Shown here piece by piece: positions 57,803 through 64,000 of a stretch of DNA of 64,000 bases. The DNA is taken from positions 9,132-73,131 of the forward strand of contig JAAZLH010000356.1 of assembly GCA_012799415.1 (NCBI GenBank), read 5' to 3'. Below the pieces are notes generated by a model, which saw only the letters and a list, made by a program, of their open reading frames with translations, searched no databases and was not told the origin of the DNA. The position numbers and the translations under genes are program-made. The stretch comes from Candidatus Epulonipiscium sp. GTDB lineage: Bacteria; Bacillota; Clostridia; Lachnospirales; JAAYNZ01. How positions within the stretch are numbered: the stretch's first letter is position 1; every line of letters begins with the position of its first letter.

Positions 57803-58141
57803 TTACTCTTTTTTAGCAAGATAAATTAGCTGATACCATTGTTTTAAAGAATACAAAAGTTGTGCCTTTTCTTTTTGGATTTTTTTAATTTCTAACTCGC
57901 CTCCAATTTCATCAAAATCATAATCTCCTGGTAAGGATCTAGTTTGAAAAACGATAGTTCCTTCCTTTGAAAAACTAATAATAAAGATACCACGAATTTT
58001 TGCGGAAACAAGGATTGCAATTTGAGTTAACTCTTCTTGAACTGCCGTGGGTAAAGATGCAAACTGGGGGTTAAAAAAATATTTTTCCTGATAATATGAT
58101 GCTGTTACAATGATCTCATTCTCTTCTATCCCTTGGATCAT
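57803..58141 (-). CDS. Small hypothetical protein downstream of birA
   Basis: 112 aa and soluble, with no motif recognised. Sits 15 nt after the birA stop. Confidence 0.5.
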   Translation of the reverse strand: MIQGIEENEIIVTASYYQEKYFFNPQFASLPTAVQEELTQIAILVSAKIRGIFIISFSKEGTIVFQTRSLPGDYDFDEIGGELEIKKIQKEKAQLLYSLKQWYQLIYLAKKE

Positions 58142-58156
58142 TTTCTCACTCCCTAT

Positions 58157-59137
58157 TTATAAATATCCTTTCGTTCCTCGAATAGATACTTCTCCTGACC
58201 GAATTGTTTCTATAATCCCTGTTTCCCTTCGAACCAAAAGCTCCCCTTCTGCTGTTAAATCAATTCCTCTTCCAAAAAAAGTTTCTTGTAACCCCATGAC
58301 TTTTACATCTTGACCAATGGTAATGCAATACTTTTTATACTCATTTAAAAGTTCTTGATGTTTTTTAGGATTCTTAAAACTCTCATAGTATTGTTCTAGA
58401 AAATAAAGGATTTCTGCGACCAAAACTTTACGTACTTGTAAAACTCCTGTCTCTAAATATAAAGAAGTAGCTCGATCTTCTAGCTCTTTAATAAACTCAG
58501 TAGTATTTACATTTACACCAATACCAACAACAACGTAATGTATTCTTTCCATTTCTCCATTCATTTCAGTCAAAATTCCACAAACTTTTTTCCCTTGTAA
58601 AATAATATCATTGGGCCATTTTATGCTAGGTGTACATCCCGTCACCACTTCTAACGCTTTGCAGACAGAAAGCCCCGCAAATAGCGTAATCAAAGGAACC
58701 TGTGTAGGAGGAATCAAAGGTCGCAAAATAGCCGAGAGCCAAATACCTGTACCTTTTGGTGATTCCCATTGACGCCCCATTCTTCCTTTTCCTCTCTCTT
58801 GTTGCTCTGCCAGAACAATGGTACCTTCTACGGCTCCTTTTGCCGCCAGCGCTTTGGCCCTTTGGTTAGTAGAGTCTAGAACTTCTTCATACTGGATTTC
58901 ATGACCTAAATAGCTAGTCTTCAGTTGGGTTCGAATCTCTTCCGGTGTTATGCGATCTGGCGAACTAAGTAAACGATAGCCTTTTCGGGGGCTAGATTCT
59001 AGTTGATATCCTTCTTCTTTTAGCTGCTGCATAACCTTCCAGATAGCAGTGCGTGATACTCCTAAATCTTGGCTTATGGCTTCCCCTGATATATAATCAT
59101 TTGCCTGTTGCAATAACCGAAGAACATGCCCCTTCAT
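58157..59137 (-). CDS. birA: Bifunctional biotin--[acetyl-CoA-carboxylase] ligase and transcriptional repressor
   Basis: 326 aa. N-terminal winged HTH (ISQDLGVSRTAIWKVMQQLKEEGY), GRGRMGRQW biotin-binding loop and a C-terminal SH3-like domain. Confidence 0.94.
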   Translation of the reverse strand: MKGHVLRLLQQANDYISGEAISQDLGVSRTAIWKVMQQLKEEGYQLESSPRKGYRLLSSPDRITPEEIRTQLKTSYLGHEIQYEEVLDSTNQRAKALAAKGAVEGTIVLAEQQERGKGRMGRQWESPKGTGIWLSAILRPLIPPTQVPLITLFAGLSVCKALEVVTGCTPSIKWPNDIILQGKKVCGILTEMNGEMERIHYVVVGIGVNVNTTEFIKELEDRATSLYLETGVLQVRKVLVAEILYFLEQYYESFKNPKKHQELLNEYKKYCITIGQDVKVMGLQETFFGRGIDLTAEGELLVRRETGIIETIRSGEVSIRGTKGYL

Positions 59138-59164
59138 ATTAGTCGACCCTTTCCTCTTTATTAT

Positions 59165-60112
59165 CTATATCAATTGATTTTCACATAAAGTTGCTACCAT
59201 AATTGCTTTGATAGTATGCATTCGATTTTCTGCCTGATCAAAAACAACAGACTGACTGCCTTCAAAGACTTCTGTAGTAACTTCATTCTCTTTGACAGCA
59301 GGTAAGCAATGCATAAAAATAACATCTGGATTCCCTGTTGCTTCTATACTCATTTGATTCACTTGATAAGGACGTAATAATTCAATTCGCTCTGCTGCTT
59401 TGTCCTCTTCCCCCATTGAACACCAAACATCTGTATATATAATATCTGCACCTTTAAGGCCTTCTTGTACTTGATCTGTTACAAAAATCTGATTGGCTTG
59501 ATTTTGATGATATGCTTGGCACTCCTGAATCCAATCTTGTGATGGCCATAATTCTTTAGGTGCAACAACAACAAAGTCTAGTCCCATCTTAGCGCACCCA
59601 ATCATTAAGCTCCTTGCCATATTGTTACGTCCATCTCCCATGTAAACAAACCTTTTCCCTTGTAGTTCTCCTATATGCTCCAAAATTGTCATAAAATCTG
59701 CTAGCACTTGAGTGGGATGATAATCATCAGTTAATCCATTCCAAACAGGGACTTGGCTATATTCAGATAAAATCTCTACGGTTTTCTGAGAAAATCCTCT
59801 AAACAAAATCCCATCAAACATCCGTCCGAGTACACGGGCCGTATCTTCTATTGATTCCTTATTACCTAACTGAATATCATTCACGCCTAAATATTCTGGA
59901 TGTCCTCCTTCATCTACAGCTGCAACTGTAAAGGCACATCTGGTTCTTGTAGATGGTTTTTCAAAAATTAAAGCAATATTCTTGGCTGTTAGTAGGTTTC
60001 CTTTCAAACCAGATTTTTTTTTCTTTTTCAAATCAATAGCTAGATCTAATAAATATTGTATTTCTTCTGTAGTAAAGTCTTTTAGAGTTAAAAATGATCT
60101 TCCTTTCAGCAT
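59165..60112 (-). CDS. argF: Ornithine carbamoyltransferase
   Basis: 315 aa with STRTR, HPTQ, DVWCSMG and HCLP motifs. Confidence 0.9.
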   Translation of the reverse strand: MLKGRSFLTLKDFTTEEIQYLLDLAIDLKKKKKSGLKGNLLTAKNIALIFEKPSTRTRCAFTVAAVDEGGHPEYLGVNDIQLGNKESIEDTARVLGRMFDGILFRGFSQKTVEILSEYSQVPVWNGLTDDYHPTQVLADFMTILEHIGELQGKRFVYMGDGRNNMARSLMIGCAKMGLDFVVVAPKELWPSQDWIQECQAYHQNQANQIFVTDQVQEGLKGADIIYTDVWCSMGEEDKAAERIELLRPYQVNQMSIEATGNPDVIFMHCLPAVKENEVTTEVFEGSQSVVFDQAENRMHTIKAIMVATLCENQLI

Positions 60113-60147
60113 AATTCCCCACCCTCACCTAAAATATGATCTTTTTC

Positions 60148-60170
60148 GATACAATTAATCATATTGTATC
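60148..60170. promoter_or_regulatory. Palindrome GATACAAT-N7-ATTGTATC overlapping the argF -10 box
   Basis: 8-bp arms. The putative argF promoter TTGTCA-17-TACAAT (60163-60191, minus strand) has its -10 box inside the right arm. Confidence 0.45.
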
Positions 60171-60213
60171 CCTTTTTTTCCTTTTTGACAAGCTAGAATA
60201 AGGACCTAAACAA

Positions 60214-60239
60214 ACAAAAAAAGTGCAAAATGCACTTTG
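60214..60239 (-). terminator. Second terminator-like hairpin after the family-2 repeat
   Basis: AAAGTGCA/TGCACTTT stem followed by UUUUUGUUUG on the minus strand. Confidence 0.75.
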
Positions 60240-60243
60240 AAAG

Positions 60244-60294
60244 TAAATTAGAAAAGTTTGATCCTTTGCAAGCAAAGCAGACTTTTCTAGTTCA
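60244..60294. repeat. Family-2 palindromic repeat, copy 4
   Basis: TAAATTAGAAAAGTTTGATCCTTTGCAAGCAAAGCAGACTTTTCTAGTTCA, lying between two terminator hairpins downstream of ftsH. Confidence 0.85.
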
Positions 60295-60336
60295 TAAAAA
60301 AGCCCATATTTGTTTTTAAACAAATATGGGCTTTTT
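60295..60336 (-). terminator. Terminator of ftsH
   Basis: GCCCATATTTG/CAAATATGGGC stem followed by a U6 run, immediately after the TAA stop. Confidence 0.9.
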
Positions 60337-62175
60337 TTATATTGCAGAATCTTCTGGTGGGAATAAAGCTTCAAAATCAGCACCTGAAAGTTTCTCTTTT
60401 TCAATTAGCAGTTCTGCTGTTTGATCTAGAATTGTTCGGTTTTTTTCTAAAAGTGCCATCGCTTCTTGATACCCACCTTCAACGATACGGCGGATTTCTG
60501 TATCAATCAGAGATGCAACGTTTTCTCCGTAATTCCTAGTATGACCTAAATCTCGTCCTACAAACACTTCTTCTGCATCGTCTCCAAATTGAATAGGTCC
60601 TAGAACATCGCTCATACCATAACGAGTAACCATATTTCTTGCAATAGCCGTAGCCCTTTCAATATCATTAGAAGCACCTGTTGTTACATCATCAAAAACG
60701 AGCTTTTCTGCTGCTCGGCCTCCTAATAAAGCAATAATTTCTTGCTCCATTTGTTTTTTCGTCATATAAAGACGATCCTCTCCTGGTAAAGGCATAGTAT
60801 AACCACCTGCCATACCTGTAGGGATAATAGAGATGCTATGAACAGGGTCTAGTTCTGATAAAATATGATGAAGAAGGGCATGACCCGCTTCATGATAAGC
60901 TGTAATTCTTTTTTCTCTATCAGAAATTACACGGCTTTTCTTTTCTGTACCAATTCCTACTTTAATAAATGCTCTTTGGATATCTTCCATGGAAATAACT
61001 TTTTTATTATCTCGAGCCGCAAAAATAGATGATTCATTTAATAGGTTTTCCAAATCTGCACCTGTAAAACCTGCAGTTGTTTGGGCAATCACTCTTAAAT
61101 TTACATCTTCACCTAAAGGTTTACCTTTGGCATGGACTTGTAAAATCTCTTCTCTTCCTTTAACATCAGGACGCCCCACAACAACACGGCGGTCAAAACG
61201 CCCTGGACGTAAAAGAGCAGGGTCTAATATATCCATTCGGTTGGTAGCTGCTACTACAATAACTCCTTCATTTGCACCAAAACCATCCATCTCTACTAGC
61301 AATTGATTTAACGTTTGCTCACGTTCGTCATGGCCTCCGCCAAGACCAGCACCACGACGTCTACCTACAGCATCAATTTCATCAATAAAAATAATGCAAG
61401 GAGAGTTCTTTTTAGCTTGTTCAAATAAATCTCTTACTCTAGATGCCCCTACCCCGACAAACATTTCAACAAAATCGGAGCCAGATATACTAAAGAACGG
61501 TACACCAGCTTCTCCTGCTACTGCCTTTGCCAATAAGGTTTTACCTGTTCCAGGAGGCCCTACTAATAAAACTCCCTTTGGAATTCTAGCACCCACTTCC
61601 ACAAATTTTCTGGGCTGTTTTAAAAATTCTACAATTTCTTTTAGCTCTTCTTTTTCTTCATCTAATCCTGCCACATTATTGAAAGTAACCTTTTTCTTAT
61701 CATCTACTGTCATTTTAGCTCGGCTTTTTCCAAAAGACATCACTCGGTTACCACCACCGCCACCTTGTGCTTGCTGCATAAAAAACATCATGACAAATAT
61801 CACAATAATCATTATGATGAATGATGGCAAAAGTTGTATTAGCCAACTAGGTCTTTGTAAATCTTTATTATCAATAGGAACTGTAGGATACTGTTCCCGC
61901 ACTAATGTTTCAAAACCAAAAGTATTCGTAATAACAACTTCCAGTATTTCTCCATTATTTAGAGTTGCTCTGGCCCTCCCTGTAGGAGTTTCTAAGTTCG
62001 GATAAATTTCAATCTTTTTAACCTGATTTTCATCTAATTTCACTAAAAGATCTGTATAAATATAATTTTCATTGGGCTTTCGCAATGGATTGTTATTTGC
62101 AGAAAGCATAATTGCCAAAATTAAAAGCACAAATATTAAAAGGTACAAGCTAAAACCTTTGAAGTATTTCTTCAA
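60337..62175 (-). CDS. ftsH: ATP-dependent zinc metalloprotease FtsH
   Basis: Two TM segments, Walker [12 protein letters not shown] and the HEAGH zinc site. The start is moved to TTG 62175 (MKKYFKGF...), preceded by GGAAGGAGGAGGAG. The track start is 62226. Confidence 0.96.
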   Translation of the reverse strand: MKKYFKGFSLYLLIFVLLILAIMLSANNNPLRKPNENYIYTDLLVKLDENQVKKIEIYPNLETPTGRARATLNNGEILEVVITNTFGFETLVREQYPTVPIDNKDLQRPSWLIQLLPSFIIMIIVIFVMMFFMQQAQGGGGGNRVMSFGKSRAKMTVDDKKKVTFNNVAGLDEEKEELKEIVEFLKQPRKFVEVGARIPKGVLLVGPPGTGKTLLAKAVAGEAGVPFFSISGSDFVEMFVGVGASRVRDLFEQAKKNSPCIIFIDEIDAVGRRRGAGLGGGHDEREQTLNQLLVEMDGFGANEGVIVVAATNRMDILDPALLRPGRFDRRVVVGRPDVKGREEILQVHAKGKPLGEDVNLRVIAQTTAGFTGADLENLLNESSIFAARDNKKVISMEDIQRAFIKVGIGTEKKSRVISDREKRITAYHEAGHALLHHILSELDPVHSISIIPTGMAGGYTMPLPGEDRLYMTKKQMEQEIIALLGGRAAEKLVFDDVTTGASNDIERATAIARNMVTRYGMSDVLGPIQFGDDAEEVFVGRDLGHTRNYGENVASLIDTEIRRIVEGGYQEAMALLEKNRTILDQTAELLIEKEKLSGADFEALFPPEDSAI

Positions 62176-62285
62176 TACTCCTCCTCCTTCCATTTCATGT
62201 TCATTAAAATCATAACATTTTCTCATGCTAATTCATCAAGTAATCATAGCATGTTTTTTTAATAAAAGCAATATAGTTCTACAGA

Positions 62286-62810
62286 TTATTCCTTTTCTGG
62301 CTTGACAACACCTACATAAGGTAAGTTTCGGTACCGTTGCTCATAGTCTAGTCCATACCCTAATACAAATTGATCTGGTATAACAAATCCTACATAAGCC
62401 ACAGGTACATCGACTAATCGTTGCTCTGGTTTATCTAACAGAGTACATATTTCTATACTAGCTGGATTTCTTTCTTTTAGCATATTAATAAGATAATGTA
62501 GCGTTCTACCTGAGTCAATGATATCTTCAACGATTAAAACATGTTTTCCTTCAATAGGATCATCTAAATCCTTGACAATTTTAACAATACCACTACTTAC
62601 TTGCTCATTACCATAGCTAGAAACTGCCATAAAGTCCATGGTTACAGGAATTGTAATTTCCTTTGCTAGATCCACCATAAACATAATACCACCTTTTAAA
62701 ACACAGATTAAGCAAATCTCCTCACCCGCATAATCCTTTGATATTTGCGCTCCTATCTCTTTTACTCTACTTTGAATTTCTTCCTGACTAATTAATTGCT
62801 CTATTTTCAT
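62286..62810 (-). CDS. hpt: Hypoxanthine-guanine phosphoribosyltransferase
   Basis: 174 aa with the PRPP-binding motif LIVEDIIDSGRT. Confidence 0.95.
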   Translation of the reverse strand: MKIEQLISQEEIQSRVKEIGAQISKDYAGEEICLICVLKGGIMFMVDLAKEITIPVTMDFMAVSSYGNEQVSSGIVKIVKDLDDPIEGKHVLIVEDIIDSGRTLHYLINMLKERNPASIEICTLLDKPEQRLVDVPVAYVGFVIPDQFVLGYGLDYEQRYRNLPYVGVVKPEKE

Positions 62811-62813
62811 TAT

Positions 62814-64000
62814 CTAAGGTCCTCCCATTAAGTCTTCTTCCAAAGTAATTTTTAGTATTCTCTTTGTTTCTGATGATACTGCATATTTTGTACTATATCG
62901 ATAACCTACGATCCAAAGAATTTCATTTCCTTCAGCCAATAAAGGAATCCTACCCCGTTGATCTTGAGGAATCTTTTGATCAATAAAAAACTTCTTTAAC
63001 TTTTTCATTCCTGATACATTAGAAAGAGCAATCAGATCCCCTGATTGCCGTGTGCGTAGCACAAGTTCATTTTTTATTTTATCATAGTCTAAATAATTCG
63101 TATAGCTGTTTTGGTCATTTCCGTCATTATGCTGTCTCTTTTCAATTATTTCAAGTTGAATCCATCTATTTATCTGTGAAACATATTCAATTCCAGGAAT
63201 TTGTAATGGGTAATAATATCCCTGTTCTAGTAAAAAACCTTTTGAAAAAATCAAAAGGTCATATTGTTTTTTAACCTGCACACCATAGGGCAAGTGAATC
63301 TCTCTGCCTGATTGGCGACTGATCAGATCTCGTATTAACTCAATATGATCCTGTCCAATATTTTTATATTCTCCTGCAGCTTGAACTAGAACTTTGTAAA
63401 GAATTCGTCTTTGTAGAGCAATATCATAATTTTGAAGAATTCTTATATCTACTTCTAGTATCTTCTCTTCTGTCTCCCTTATACAATTAGAATAGATCTT
63501 ATTTGTTTCTTTTTCCATATAGGCTTCTTGTTCTCCTAATAATTGAGCTGTTTGATATAAAGTTTTTATAATATTAGGGTTAAAATATTTTTGAATATAA
63601 GGAATCAATTCTAATCGAATTCGGTTTCTAGTATAAATAGGATCATCGTTTGTATGGTCTACACAAAAAATAAGTTGATGCTCTAAACAGTATGTCTCAA
63701 CCTCTTCCCGAGTAAACCCTAATAGAGGACGTATTATATTATTGTATGCAGGTTTCATTCCTTGCAATCCTAAACTCCCAGAACCACGCATTAAACGCAT
63801 AAGAAAAGTTTCACTTTGATCATTTTGATGATGTCCTAGAGCAATTTTATTGGCATTTCTTCTGCTAATTTCTTCATGAAATTTTTCATATCTCAATTGC
63901 CTACCTGTTTCTTCTTCTCCCTGTTTCCTCTTCTTTGCTTCTTCCCTCACATTAACATGATATATTTGAATAGGAATTTGTAAAGATCTCCCTACTTTTT
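62814..64000 (-). CDS. tilS: tRNA(Ile)-lysidine synthetase; 5' end runs off the window
   Basis: ALGHHQNDQSETFLMRLMRGSG and the C-terminal TilS domain (GMKKLKKFFIDQKIP). The frame stays open upstream of the track's GTG at 63950 through position 64000, and the PP-loop is outside the window. Confidence 0.9.
   Translation of the reverse strand, partial: KVGRSLQIPIQIYHVNVREEAKKRKQGEEETGRQLRYEKFHEEISRRNANKIALGHHQNDQSETFLMRLMRGSGSLGLQGMKPAYNNIIRPLLGFTREEVETYCLEHQLIFCVDHTNDDPIYTRNRIRLELIPYIQKYFNPNIIKTLYQTAQLLGEQEAYMEKETNKIYSNCIRETEEKILEVDIRILQNYDIALQRRILYKVLVQAAGEYKNIGQDHIELIRDLISRQSGREIHLPYGVQVKKQYDLLIFSKGFLLEQGYYYPLQIPGIEYVSQINRWIQLEIIEKRQHNDGNDQNSYTNYLDYDKIKNELVLRTRQSGDLIALSNVSGMKKLKKFFIDQKIPQDQRGRIPLLAEGNEILWIVGYRYSTKYAVSSETKRILKITLEEDLMGGP

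Noticed and set aside
60159-60404. 81-aa minus-strand ORF between ftsH and argF
   Set aside because: It spans two terminators, a palindromic repeat and the argF promoter. It also overlaps the ftsH 3' end and has a low-complexity, Lys-rich sequence.
61394-62005. Long antisense ORFs inside recognisable genes (203 aa opposite ftsH; also 51694-52065, 26759-27124, 25488-25802, 37641-37943, 60989-61306 and others in the track)
   Set aside because: Each lies opposite a gene with unmistakable family motifs, has a Ser/Pro/Leu-rich shadow-frame composition and lacks an RBS.

Overview
AT-rich chromosomal segment with the gene content and order of a low-GC Firmicute of the Clostridia type. It is core-genome rather than an accessory island. 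I call about 57 protein genes, 49 of them on the minus strand, and two run off the window edges. The left one (1-740) is missing from the ORF track.

Gene content from left to right:
- YesM/YesN-type two-component system with a CUT1 sugar ABC importer
- DUF3810 protein, prfA-prmC-DUF1385-rpmE, rho, a LysM protein and fba
- A metal block: CDF transporter, a Cys-less YHS-like protein and mgtE
- A cyclase-family protein, zwf and gnd
- EamA transporter, a tocopherol-cyclase-like protein and msrA
- XRE-cupin regulator with potABCD
- SH3b-NlpC/P60 hydrolase next to an LplABC-type ABC importer-anmK operon
- Four-subunit NADH-type [FeFe] hydrogenase (hndABCD-like)
- glmM, a divergent stand-alone HydA-like gene on the opposite strand, and cdaR-cdaA
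- Unknown membrane proteins, a DUF4015 protein, lysS-greA and an orphan ORF
- dusB-coaX, two tandem MCPs, birA, argF and ftsH-hpt-tilS

I found no rRNA, tRNA, CRISPR, transposase, integrase or recognisable defence genes.

The least explained signal is non-coding:
- An unclassified structured element of about 110-170 nt occurs in five diverged copies, with compensatory and G-U changes. Copies lie in the potA, greA and tocopherol-cyclase-like leaders, inverted upstream of rho, and as a partial copy next to the CDF gene.
- A second family of about 50-nt palindromic repeats occurs in four copies.
- A 114-nt rod-like hairpin lies between gnd and zwf.
- A long mgtE leader carries a consensus promoter and a 34-codon Pro-containing small ORF.
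- The conserved cdaA-cdaR-glmM operon is interrupted by the HydA-like gene, which has phased 12-bp repeats in its promoter region.

All functional calls rest on motif recognition by eye. No database search was run.
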